DNA from: an uncultured Candidatus Saccharibacteria bacterium | GTDB taxonomy: Bacteria; Patescibacteriota; Saccharimonadia; CAILAD01; JADZBC01 | Direction of reading: 5' to 3' | Length of the DNA stretch: 64,000 nt | Assembly: GCA_964413715.1 (NCBI GenBank) | Contig: CAYPSN010000002.1 | Coordinates: 850 to 64,849 of the forward strand | In this document: one piece after another, positions 8,370 through 15,887 of the stretch | How positions within the stretch are numbered: position 1 is the first letter of the stretch | Layout of the letters: each line of letters starts with the position of its first letter | Translations under genes and position numbers: made by a program | Notes under the pieces: generated by a model | What the model was told of the DNA's origin: nothing | The model's input: only the letters and a program-made list of their open reading frames with translations | Databases searched by the model: none

Positions 8370-9383
8370 ATGGACTTGACCGTAAAGATCCTGGACAACC
8401 AGGCCAACATCCATCGTGGGGACGTTCTCGTCGCTTCGATCGGCCTTGACCCCTGGGAACAGGTGGACAAAGTCATCCTCATGCCCGACATCACGCAGGA
8501 CGAGACGGAACACGTCATTCGTCTCGCGGGTTCCCACATCCGTCACTTCGTTCGTCACCGCGACACCCCCGTGTTCGGCGAGCTGATGCGAGCGAAGCAC
8601 TACGACAACACCCTGACGTGCGCCATGTCGCACGAGATGCTGGAGACCCAGCAGATCGCCGACGACGTGAAGGAGATGGAAGTCGACTTCATCAAAGAGA
8701 TGTGCAAGCAGCTCTACATCCCGATCATCGTCGCTGTGTTCAAGACTGTCGACGAAGCCATCCTTTCGATCCTCTCTGACCCCCGTCTCGACAGCAAGAT
8801 CAGGTACGAGACGACTGAGAAGGACTTCCTGGGTGAAATGGGGCTCACGGTCTACTCGGAGAAGGATTCGGGCTTCCGATTCTGGCACTCTGTCATGATC
8901 GGCGGCTTCGACCTCGATGTCGTCCCTCTCTACCACCCCGTTCGACAGGACGGCCGCTCATCAGTGGGCATGATCAACGGTGACACGGATGCATACATCC
9001 GTGGTCGATCAGTCCGTTTCATCCATGCCCCTCAGGAAGCTCTGGTCGCCAGCAGTGGCTGGGCCACCTGGAGCTACGTCAACCACCCTTACTACGCGAA
9101 AGGACCCACGTTCGGCATGAAGATCATCCCGTGGGAGCTGCTTTCGCAGGAAGGGGCTGACAGCCTGAAGGATGTCCTGCTCGGTGCCTTGGAGATCGAC
9201 GGCAAGTACGTCGAGGTCAGCGGTGGCTTCCGTGCCCCTGCGGGTACGCCTTCCATACCTCACGGAGGAAAGCGGCTCGGATCTGAGGAACGAGCATACT
9301 GGTCGATCCAGGTGCTCAAGCAAGAAGGTGAGCTCGAAGGATCTCACATCCCTAGCTGGGCCGCATCCGTGGCCCGCGTCTGA
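8370..9383 (+). CDS. hypothetical protein (337 aa), high-GC island gene
   Basis: ATG at 8370 preceded by GGAGG; the ORF-track TTG extension is unlikely. Visibly GC-rich codons; no recognisable motif. Confidence 0.5.
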   Translation: MDLTVKILDNQANIHRGDVLVASIGLDPWEQVDKVILMPDITQDETEHVIRLAGSHIRHFVRHRDTPVFGELMRAKHYDNTLTCAMSHEMLETQQIADDVKEMEVDFIKEMCKQLYIPIIVAVFKTVDEAILSILSDPRLDSKIRYETTEKDFLGEMGLTVYSEKDSGFRFWHSVMIGGFDLDVVPLYHPVRQDGRSSVGMINGDTDAYIRGRSVRFIHAPQEALVASSGWATWSYVNHPYYAKGPTFGMKIIPWELLSQEGADSLKDVLLGALEIDGKYVEVSGGFRAPAGTPSIPHGGKRLGSEERAYWSIQVLKQEGELEGSHIPSWAASVARV

Positions 9384-9391
9384 CCTACCCC

Positions 9392-9444
9392 GCCCCCACC
9401 TGATTCCTGAAAGGGATGATGGTGGGGGCACTTCTATTTGTGGG
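9392..9444 (+). terminator. intrinsic terminator of the 8370-9383 gene
   Basis: GCCCCCACC-20 nt loop-GGTGGGGGC followed by ACTTCTATTTGTG. Confidence 0.6.
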
Positions 9445-9491
9445 TATAACCAAGTTCTAACTTCGTAAGCTCTAGGGCTTACGTTTTAGCC

Positions 9492-9520
9492 TTGAAAAAA
9501 CTAAAGCTTTAATGCATAAT
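9492..9520 (+). promoter_or_regulatory. sigma70-like promoter for NYN/wHTH operon
   Basis: TTGAAA-17 nt-CATAAT in an AT-rich spacer. Confidence 0.5.
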
Positions 9521-9573
9521 ACTGCTGTTCGTATCCCGAGCAATTTGCTCCTTAACAGAAAGGTTCTCGCACC

Positions 9574-10158
9574 GTGCCAGAACCAAAAAATACAAAGCGT
9601 CGTTATAAGCGCAAAACACTCACGGTCTTCGTTATGGACGCCCCGAATGTCGATGCAAGCTTCGGCCTGCTACTAGAGAGGGCCCCGCTGCCATCCGAGC
9701 GAATGCGCATGGATGCTCTTATGCAGTGGCTAGAGGGCAAGCAGCAGGCAAACGGCAGCGAGCTGTACGCCAAGATCTTCGTAAATCGTCCTGCTGAGTC
9801 AGTTGCAAGCAACAGGCAATTCGGCTGGGTGGTTGCCATGCAGAAGCTTGGCTACCATGTGTATTCAAAGATTCGAACCACTGATGACAGCGACGTTGAC
9901 GAAGATATGGTCGCATATATCAACAAGCTCGTGAAGTGCCACGAAGTTGTAGAGATCGTGCTGGCATCCAACGACGGCCAAAGGTTTCATAACATCCTGG
10001 AGATCTTGGCCTGCAACGGAGTCAAGGTAACAATCTTGGGTTTCAACGAGTTCCCAAGCATTCTCACTAGAAACGAGCTCTTCGAATTCGTCCCGTACAG
10101 CAGCATTCCTGGCCTGATGCCAGCAACGGGTTGCCAAACGGAAAGCCAAGCAACATGA
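9574..10158 (+). CDS. NYN/LabA-like (PIN-fold) nuclease domain protein
   Basis: KTLTVFVMDAPNVDASFG... resembles the NYN/DUF88 N-terminal strand plus acidic cluster. GTG start with AAAGG upstream. Confidence 0.5.
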   Translation: MPEPKNTKRRYKRKTLTVFVMDAPNVDASFGLLLERAPLPSERMRMDALMQWLEGKQQANGSELYAKIFVNRPAESVASNRQFGWVVAMQKLGYHVYSKIRTTDDSDVDEDMVAYINKLVKCHEVVEIVLASNDGQRFHNILEILACNGVKVTILGFNEFPSILTRNELFEFVPYSSIPGLMPATGCQTESQAT

Positions 10159-10466
10159 AGAAAGTACGCATCAACGAAAGCCTGCAGTCACTTCGGACGT
10201 ACGCAACGATGGTTGGCACAGATGGCCCCATCACCGCACGAGAGATCATGGATAGAACAGGTATCGCAGATGGAACCCTGTATCCAATCCTCGAGAAACG
10301 TGTGGCGGCAGGGATCATCGTTGAGGTCGAAGGTGGACACCCTGCCAGGTTCGACCTCTCACCTGATGGGTACGAGGTTGCAAAAGCAATACTGCTTTCA
10401 CTCGAGCTATCCTCATCCGCCTGGCTGCGCTGCGACCGCAGGCACAGACCCCCCCTGCTTAGCTAG
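10155..10466 (+). CDS. winged-helix DNA-binding protein (PadR-like)
   Basis: GTLYPILEKRVAAGIIVEVEG resembles the PadR wing/recognition helix. ATGA start-stop overlap with the NYN gene. Confidence 0.4.
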   Translation: MKKVRINESLQSLRTYATMVGTDGPITAREIMDRTGIADGTLYPILEKRVAAGIIVEVEGGHPARFDLSPDGYEVAKAILLSLELSSSAWLRCDRRHRPPLLS

Positions 10467-10496
10467 TCAGTAGCCCTGCTGGGCTCCAACAAAGAT

Positions 10497-10524
10497 GGAG
10501 CTTGGCGGGGCTCCTTCTTTTTTG
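10497..10524 (+). terminator. intrinsic terminator
   Basis: GGAGCTTGGCGGGGCTCC followed by TTCTTTTTTG. Confidence 0.6.
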
Positions 10525-10540
10525 GCAGAATAATTACATA

Positions 10541-10569
10541 TTGCCTGAGCATTCTAATCGTGTTATGAT
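10541..10569 (+). promoter_or_regulatory. sigma70-like promoter
   Basis: TTGCCT-17 nt-TATGAT upstream of the 10622 ORF. Confidence 0.45.
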
Positions 10570-10621
10570 TTTCTCCTCGCTCCGAAACTACTAGAATCAG
10601 GGGAAACAATTGAGCGTAGCC

Positions 10622-10864
10622 ATGGAGTTCGCTGCCATCAGCAGGCCCACCCAGATGGGCATTGGCATCTGCGTCTTGGGGCTGGCATGGTGCATCACCA
10701 TGCAGTGGCTGTTGGGCAAGGGCCACATCCAGGTGGTCAACCAAGACGAACCGGCCGCAGAGCCTTCGCGAGAGCGGTGGTTCAACTGGGAGTGGTTGTC
10801 CGCCATCAAGGAGTTCGCCAACTCGCGCGCTCGTGCCCACGGCCAACCCCAGCCCAAGCCGTAG
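10622..10864 (+). CDS. small membrane protein (80 aa), hypothetical, high GC
   Basis: GGGGAAA RBS; one hydrophobic helix GIGICVLGLAWCITMQWLL; own promoter and terminator. Competing minus-strand ORF 10463-10930 judged spurious. Confidence 0.4.
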   Translation: MEFAAISRPTQMGIGICVLGLAWCITMQWLLGKGHIQVVNQDEPAAEPSRERWFNWEWLSAIKEFANSRARAHGQPQPKP

Positions 10865-10892
10865 TTCCTGCCTCGGCAGTGGCTTCAACCTA

Positions 10893-10935
10893 GAACCCCC
10901 TCGGCATCGCGCCAAGGGGGTTCTTCTCATTTCAC
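10893..10935 (+). terminator. intrinsic terminator
   Basis: GAACCCCCT-13 nt loop-AGGGGGTTC followed by TTCTCATTTCACTTTCC. Confidence 0.6.
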
Positions 10936-10959
10936 TTTCCTACTCTGGATTCGTACGAA

Positions 10960-12060
10960 CTAAGGCCTGAAGTACTCTTTAATCTTAGCTTTTGTTCGTT
11001 GTGCTTTGAGCCAAGTTTCCACGTCGGTGCCCTTTATAAGGATGTGTGAGGCCTTTACTTGGTCATCTTTCTTATCGGTCACCTTGATAATATGATAGCC
11101 GTACTGAGTCTTTACAATGCCGCTCACTGCACCTTTCTCGAGCGCAAAGGCAGCTTGTTCGAACTCTGGCACCATTTGGCCTTTGCCAAAGAAACCTAAA
11201 TCACCACCATTTGAAGCGCTGCCATCTTGAGAATACTTCTTGGCTAACTCTTCGAAGTTGCCGCCTTCACGAACTTGCTTAAGGATGTCTTCGGCTTGCT
11301 TTTCGGCGCCGCCATTGAGGTTAGGATCTGCAGCAATCTTCTCGCCCAGCTTCTTCTGAAGCAGGCTTAGGCGCACACGCTCGCGGAAATCATCTACAGT
11401 CCAGCCATATAACTTATCAAGCGTGGTTTTTACCTTATCAATGCCACCGGCATTTTTCACTAGCTCGTTGAATTCGGTGTCAACGTCCTTCTTGGTAACA
11501 ATAATTTTATACTTTTTAGCCGACTGTTCGACCAATAAATTGTCTTCTTGCTGCTTAATCAAGTCTTGCTTGAGCTGTGCTAGCTTCTTTTTGCCTTCAG
11601 CCGAGTTGAGGTCCTGACCCTGTGATTTGTAGAACTTCTCGACGCTAGCGAGCTCGAAGAGATAGTCTTTGTAGCTAGTAGTATTCCACACCACATTGCC
11701 GTTTACGCTCGACACTGGGTATGGCACGACGCTCGCAAAAATACGCACTGCACGATTGGTCTGCTTGTATTTATAAATCAATACACCGAACACTACGGTA
11801 AACAGGAGTAAAGCCCCAAGTACGCTCGCGATAACGACGCCAATGGTCTTTTTGCTTGGGCCCTTTTTCACACCAAGCTTGCTCAAGCGCTCCTGAAAAC
11901 TCTGCTGCTTAGCTTCAGTCTTCTTTTCTGCAGGCGCAGCTGGCTTAGGAGCAGCTGCTACAGCCTTAGTTACTGGCTTTTTCTTAGCAGGCTTCTTGCT
12001 CGCTGCGGTCGGCTTAGTAGCCGGTTTCTTGTTTGGTTTGATGTCTGGATCTTGTGCCAT
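10960..12060 (-). CDS. peptidyl-prolyl cis-trans isomerase, parvulin/PpiC type (PrsA/SurA-like), membrane-anchored with Lys/Ala/Pro-rich N-tail
   Basis: SNGGDLGFFGKGQMVPEFEQAAF...YGYHIIKV rotamase motifs; TM IGVVIASVLGALLLFTVVFGVLI. Start at 12060 (ATG) or 12081 (TTG) is uncertain. Confidence 0.8.
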   Translation of the reverse strand: MAQDPDIKPNKKPATKPTAASKKPAKKKPVTKAVAAAPKPAAPAEKKTEAKQQSFQERLSKLGVKKGPSKKTIGVVIASVLGALLLFTVVFGVLIYKYKQTNRAVRIFASVVPYPVSSVNGNVVWNTTSYKDYLFELASVEKFYKSQGQDLNSAEGKKKLAQLKQDLIKQQEDNLLVEQSAKKYKIIVTKKDVDTEFNELVKNAGGIDKVKTTLDKLYGWTVDDFRERVRLSLLQKKLGEKIAADPNLNGGAEKQAEDILKQVREGGNFEELAKKYSQDGSASNGGDLGFFGKGQMVPEFEQAAFALEKGAVSGIVKTQYGYHIIKVTDKKDDQVKASHILIKGTDVETWLKAQRTKAKIKEYFRP

Positions 12061-12111
12061 AAAACGTGTATTCACCCTCAATAAATTACTTAATACTTAG
12101 CACTAATAGTA

Positions 12112-12693
12112 TCACGAAGCGGCAGGTGGTGTCGAACTGTTGGAGGTGTACTTATGAACCGCATCGATAATCTGCTTGGCAAGGACTGCTGGCTTATGAA
12201 CGAACTTCAGCTCCATGTCGCCAGAACCAGATAGCGTCTGAACGAGCACGTTGCCGTAGCCAAACAGCGAGGCATTAAAGCCGTCGACGTGATAGTTAAC
12301 GCTCTGGATGTTGTGAAGCTCCATGTCGGACACTTTGCGGTTAAAAAAGCCTTTTTGGGTAATGATTTTTAAGCTCTTATTGGTTAATACATACACACTA
12401 TAGTACCAGCTCACCCAGTGCCAAAAGCCATAACAAAAAGCCAGGCCAAAGCCGAGCCACATCATCCCGGCGGTCTCCTCTACTAAATTCGTGGCGTAAT
12501 TGCTCGCCAAAGCCCATGGTAGCATTACAAGCACCAGCATCGTGCCGCCGAACAAAATTGGTCGCCGCAGGGCAATAATAAACTGGCGCACTACTACAAT
12601 AACTTCTTCGTCTTTTTCCCGACCCACTGCGGCGGCGCCACGTTTGTGGGCAAGTTCGCGCTTATTTGGATTCGCTCTTTCGCTCATGGCCAT
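12112..12693 (-). CDS. bacterial PH-domain membrane protein (YdbS/DUF304-like)
   Basis: ATG at 12693 (MAMSERANPNK); two TM helices followed by a bPH_2-like domain. The ORF-track N-terminal extension overlaps the neighbouring gene. Confidence 0.55.
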   Translation of the reverse strand: MAMSERANPNKRELAHKRGAAAVGREKDEEVIVVVRQFIIALRRPILFGGTMLVLVMLPWALASNYATNLVEETAGMMWLGFGLAFCYGFWHWVSWYYSVYVLTNKSLKIITQKGFFNRKVSDMELHNIQSVNYHVDGFNASLFGYGNVLVQTLSGSGDMELKFVHKPAVLAKQIIDAVHKYTSNSSTPPAAS

Positions 12694-12772
12694 ATTGTAA
12701 CAGCTTATGATTATTCGACCAAAATCAAACCAAAAGGAAAACCCGGTCTTCTCGTCTTTGAGAAAACCGGGT

Positions 12773-13381
12773 TTAGTCGCGGAGCTTGATGTGTACTGGC
12801 CGATCGCGGTAGTACGCGTCGATGTACCCCACAATGCCATCTGGCAACTGCGTGGACTCGTTCTCAAGCGGCATCTCTGCCTTGTACCTGATAGCGAGGT
12901 CCTTGCCAGACAGCCCCCACGGGAACTCCTCGCCCGAGCTATCGCAGGGCCGCCAGCCATGTGAGCGAATCCAGGCCAACAGGTTCTCCCTGGCGGGAGT
13001 CTTGGCAGTTGACCGAACCCACAGATGATGGTTCTTGCCCTTCAGGGTGACCCGAAAGAGGAAAAACTTCACTGGCTTGAGCTTGCGCTGTGCACTGCGA
13101 CTGGGGTGGTGAACAGGCGCTTCGGTCGCGTAAGGCGGCTCGAATTCCTCGGCGGCGAGGAGCTCCTCGGCCTCGGTAGCTCGATGGATTATGTGGTCGT
13201 CGGTTTCGTTCGCGGCGGCATTTGCCCTGCGCTCGTCGAACATGATGATCTTGCCATCGTGGCCGTCGAGAACCACAGGATCACCACGCGTGAAGTCAGG
13301 TTCGGCGATGTGCGCACCGCAACTTGGACAGGTACTCGCCTCGATCTCATCGATCGAGGCTTCACAGATTGGACACTGCAT
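12773..13381 (-). CDS. hypothetical protein with N-terminal CPxC..CPxC zinc ribbon, high GC
   Basis: ATG at 13381 (MQCPICEASIDEIEASTCPSCGAH) with AAAGGA/GAGGA upstream; visibly GC-rich. Confidence 0.45.
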   Translation of the reverse strand: MQCPICEASIDEIEASTCPSCGAHIAEPDFTRGDPVVLDGHDGKIIMFDERRANAAANETDDHIIHRATEAEELLAAEEFEPPYATEAPVHHPSRSAQRKLKPVKFFLFRVTLKGKNHHLWVRSTAKTPARENLLAWIRSHGWRPCDSSGEEFPWGLSGKDLAIRYKAEMPLENESTQLPDGIVGYIDAYYRDRPVHIKLRD

Positions 13382-13495
13382 ATCCTCGATCCTTTCAATC
13401 GATTGTGCGGACGCCCTAAAAATACAACACTTATGGTTTTTTGTCAATCCCTGGTAACAACTTTTAGTGTATAATTATGGACGCGTGCGAATTAC

Positions 13496-13571
13496 GCCCT
13501 GGTAGCTCAGTGGATAGAGCGTCTCCGTCCTAAGGAGAGCGTCGGGGGTTCGATTCCCTCCCAGGGTACCA
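13496..13571 (+). tRNA. tRNA-Arg (anticodon CCT)
   Basis: GCCCTGGTAGCTCAGTGGATAGAGCGTCTCCGTCCTAAGGAGAGCGTCGGGGGTTCGATTCCCTCCCAGGGTACCA. Confidence 0.85.
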
Positions 13572-13576
13572 TTCTA

Positions 13577-13605
13577 TTGACTTTTTTAATTACTTATGCT
13601 ATTAT
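13577..13605 (+). promoter_or_regulatory. near-consensus sigma70 promoter
   Basis: TTGACT-17 nt-TATTAT, followed by a 5'-UTR hairpin GGTACCAG..CTGGTACC and RBS AAAGGAGG. Confidence 0.55.
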
Positions 13606-13672
13606 AGGCAAGTTCTAACGTTCAGGTACCAGTCACACAAAGCTGGTACCGCTCCTACCCAAAGGAGGCGCC

Positions 13673-14002
13673 GTGAGGCGTATCTTGATTGCAATGCTGA
13701 TCGTACTCTTCGGAGTCTGCATCAGCTCGGTCGCCCCTGCGGCTACCCAGGGCGGCACGCCACCAACGACGGTACCGCCCATCACGCCCACGACAGCGTG
13801 GCAGACAGTTCCGCCGACTGTGGATCCGCCCACCATCACCCCGTCGACTGTTCGGCCGTCAGCCAGCAACAGACCATCAACGGTCGAGGTCAAAGGGTTG
13901 CACGAAGTAATCGTGCTGATGCGATGGGTGGTGGTGGCCGCCTTTCTCGCATGTGCGATCCTCATATGGATCCTCATGCGGTTGTACCGGCCAAGCCGGT
14001 GA
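13673..14002 (+). CDS. small secreted/anchored Pro/Thr-rich protein (signal peptide, PT-rich linker, C-terminal TM)
   Basis: GTG start 6 nt after AAAGGAGG. MRRILIAMLIVLFGVCISSVAPAA signal peptide, TPPTTVPPITPTT repeats, C-terminal helix WVVVAAFLACAILIWILM. Confidence 0.5.
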   Translation: MRRILIAMLIVLFGVCISSVAPAATQGGTPPTTVPPITPTTAWQTVPPTVDPPTITPSTVRPSASNRPSTVEVKGLHEVIVLMRWVVVAAFLACAILIWILMRLYRPSR

Positions 14003-14008
14003 TATTCC

Positions 14009-14057
14009 GCCTGGCGGGGACGACAAGATCGTCCTTAGCCGGGCGATCTTTCGTTTA
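14009..14057 (+). repeat. copy 1 of ~47-bp direct repeat (hairpin + T-run, terminator-like)
   Basis: CGCCTGGCGGGGACGACAAGATCGTCCTTAGCCGGGCGATCTTTCGTTT; second copy at 14491-14542 with 4-5 mismatches. Confidence 0.7.
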
Positions 14058-14145
14058 GGAGAAATAATCAATGACGGCAAGTGGTATAATTGTATTCTCC
14101 CGCACAGTCCAAACCACTCCGCTTCGCAGATCAAAGTGAGGAATA

Positions 14146-14463
14146 ATGAAGAGACCACCCCGCCCCAGAAGCTTGGATGATGTTAACCAGCTCGTAGCGG
14201 AGCTACTTGAAACTGGTAGGCCAAAGGTAGCGAATCTCCCTATCCTCAACCGAGATGACGCAATCTTAAGAATGCTGGCGCTCATTGGGATTTGCTGGGG
14301 ACGAGACGAAGCCATGCTCGAATCGATCCTGGGTGAAGATGTCAAATTGGTTGATCCAGCAGAGAACGTAAAGTTTGCAGTTCGACAGCAAGACGGCTCT
14401 TACGTATTTGTAGACAAGTTTGACCAACTCAAGTCAACCGTCTACTACATGCTGAGCTCCTAG
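14146..14463 (+). CDS. hypothetical protein (105 aa) flanked by the direct repeats
   Basis: ORF with lower GC than its high-GC neighbours; no recognisable motif. Confidence 0.4.
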   Translation: MKRPPRPRSLDDVNQLVAELLETGRPKVANLPILNRDDAILRMLALIGICWGRDEAMLESILGEDVKLVDPAENVKFAVRQQDGSYVFVDKFDQLKSTVYYMLSS

Positions 14464-14490
14464 ATGAACTGCACAAAGCAGAGAGTTAAT

Positions 14491-14542
14491 CGCCCGACGG
14501 GGACGACAAGATCTTCCTTAGCCGGGCGGTCTTTCGTTTTTA
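14491..14542 (+). repeat. copy 2 of ~47-bp direct repeat
   Basis: CGCCCGACGGGGACGACAAGATCTTCCTTAGCCGGGCGGTCTTTCGTTTTT. Confidence 0.7.
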
Positions 14543-14643
14543 CACATAGAACTGCTTGCGCTTGAAATAACGAACAATTTGTTTAATAATCTGCTCCATG
14601 CATCGTGCAACAAGCGTACGAGCAAGAACCCCTAGGGGGAACA

Positions 14644-14871
14644 TTGAAAGTAATCGGAACAGCAGTCTCGCTCGGCCTCACGGCCGCAGTGGGTGCAGTC
14701 AGCCTGGCACTCGCCAGCGAACGCAAGCACGCCGACCAAGCTCGGCCGAAGGAGCTCCAATACCAGGGAGGGCCTCACTTCCTCGACCAGCTGGTCGGAG
14801 CCATGTACATCTTGGCGCCCATCGCCCTGGTGTGGCGTGCCACGCGCAAGCTGCGCGGAGGTGGCTGGTGA
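14644..14871 (+). CDS. small 2-TM membrane protein (75 aa), first gene of a high-GC overlapping four-gene operon
   Basis: TTG start after GGGGGA; two hydrophobic helices. Start is ambiguous; the ORF track GTG is at 14605. Confidence 0.4.
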   Translation: MKVIGTAVSLGLTAAVGAVSLALASERKHADQARPKELQYQGGPHFLDQLVGAMYILAPIALVWRATRKLRGGGW

Positions 14872-15017
14872 TCAAGCGATTCGTCGGCAAGACCCTGCTC
14901 TACACTGCAACGATCGGTGCTGGTGCTGCTATCGGCATCGGCTCGGTCAGGGTTGGTGAATGGGCGCTCCTCCACGGTTGGGATCGGCTGATGAACCCAA
15001 GTGCGAGGCGCCCATGA
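14868..15017 (+). CDS. hypothetical 49-aa protein, GTGA-overlap coupled
   Basis: GTG at 14868 overlaps the upstream TGA (GTGA). Same frame as ORF-track 14598-15017. Confidence 0.35.
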   Translation: MIKRFVGKTLLYTATIGAGAAIGIGSVRVGEWALLHGWDRLMNPSARRP

Positions 15018-15277
15018 GCCAGCCCTACAGAGGCAAAGACCCGAACTTCACCCAAGAGTGGTGGGATCTGGTTTGCTCGGCCCCTGAAAAGATCGAGCAT
15101 GCTCGCGCTAAGACCAAGGCAATTCGTGAAGGCAGAGCTCCAGTCGTACACTACGACTACGGCGATGTATTAACCAAGGCTGGCCTTGATGCTGCTGCCG
15201 AAGTCTTAGCTAGGGACAAGAAAACGCGTGTCAGTCAAGCTGACCGACTCCTGCCAGCGAGTCTCCGCGATGAATAA
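15014..15277 (+). CDS. hypothetical 87-aa protein, ATGA-overlap coupled
   Basis: ATG at 15014 overlaps the upstream TGA; sequence MSQPYRGKDPNFTQEWWDL... Confidence 0.4.
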   Translation: MSQPYRGKDPNFTQEWWDLVCSAPEKIEHARAKTKAIREGRAPVVHYDYGDVLTKAGLDAAAEVLARDKKTRVSQADRLLPASLRDE

Positions 15278-15362
15278 GCCAACCAGGACCCAGCGGCTGG
15301 CCTACCGAATAGGTCGATTCTTCGGCCTGGTCATCGGCGCGTTCCTGCGCGTCTTCGACTAA
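15270..15362 (+). CDS. 30-aa basic amphipathic peptide (not in ORF track)
   Basis: ATG at 15270 overlaps the upstream gene end (ATGAATAA); MNKPTRTQRLAYRIGRFFGLVIGAFLRVFD, then stop. Confidence 0.3.
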   Translation: MNKPTRTQRLAYRIGRFFGLVIGAFLRVFD

Positions 15363-15417
15363 AATAGCGCGGGGTAAGCGGCGATTGCAGCCGGCCCCGC
15401 AGACTATGCCCATAACC

Positions 15418-15446
15418 AAAAGCCCCGAGATATCTCGGGGCTTTCA
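15418..15446. terminator. bidirectional intrinsic terminator
   Basis: AAA-AGCCCCGAGA-TA-TCTCGGGGCT-TTCA; 10-bp perfect stem between the convergent operon and the NUDIX gene. Confidence 0.7.
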
Positions 15447-15461
15447 TCGTATTGATTGCTA

Positions 15462-15884
15462 TTACTTCAGCCAATCCCTGTATTGCTCTAACTGAAATCG
15501 TGTCATTGGTGTCAAATCTTCCTGGGCTAATGCATCTTCGAGAGGATGCCATTTGAACTCTAACACCCTGTCATACTCTGTTCTGTGAGGCTCTCCACTC
15601 TTCCAGTCACACTGAAACGTTATTCCCACCCAGTGCTCTTTGCCATCTGGACTTTGGCGCACGTTGCTACCAATAATTTTGCCAGGGCTAACTTCGAGGC
15701 CAGCTTCTTCGCGCACTTCCCGCTTCACTGCCTCTTCCAAGCTCTCGCCAAACTCTACGAGGCCACCTAGTAGCTCCCACTTGTAATGTTGGTCTCGCGC
15801 CTTGGGCCCACGTAAGCCGAGTAGAATGTTACCGTCCTTGATAATAAGAGCGCCAACGCCGACTCGAAACTTCTGTTCTTCCAT
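15462..15884 (-). CDS. NUDIX hydrolase
   Basis: Nudix box GGLVEFGESLEEAVKREVREEAGL. Confidence 0.85.
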   Translation of the reverse strand: MEEQKFRVGVGALIIKDGNILLGLRGPKARDQHYKWELLGGLVEFGESLEEAVKREVREEAGLEVSPGKIIGSNVRQSPDGKEHWVGITFQCDWKSGEPHRTEYDRVLEFKWHPLEDALAQEDLTPMTRFQLEQYRDWLK

Positions 15885-15887
15885 AAC

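Noticed and set aside
8325-8936. 203-aa and 69-aa minus-strand ORFs antisense to the 8370-9383 gene
   Set aside because: Fully embedded antisense in a GC-rich gene that has its own RBS and terminator; no expression signals.
10463-10930. 155-aa minus-strand ORF spanning the terminator and promoter of the plus-strand island genes
   Set aside because: It overlaps two hairpin terminators and a promoter that serve plus-strand genes, has no RBS, and is typical high-GC antisense noise.
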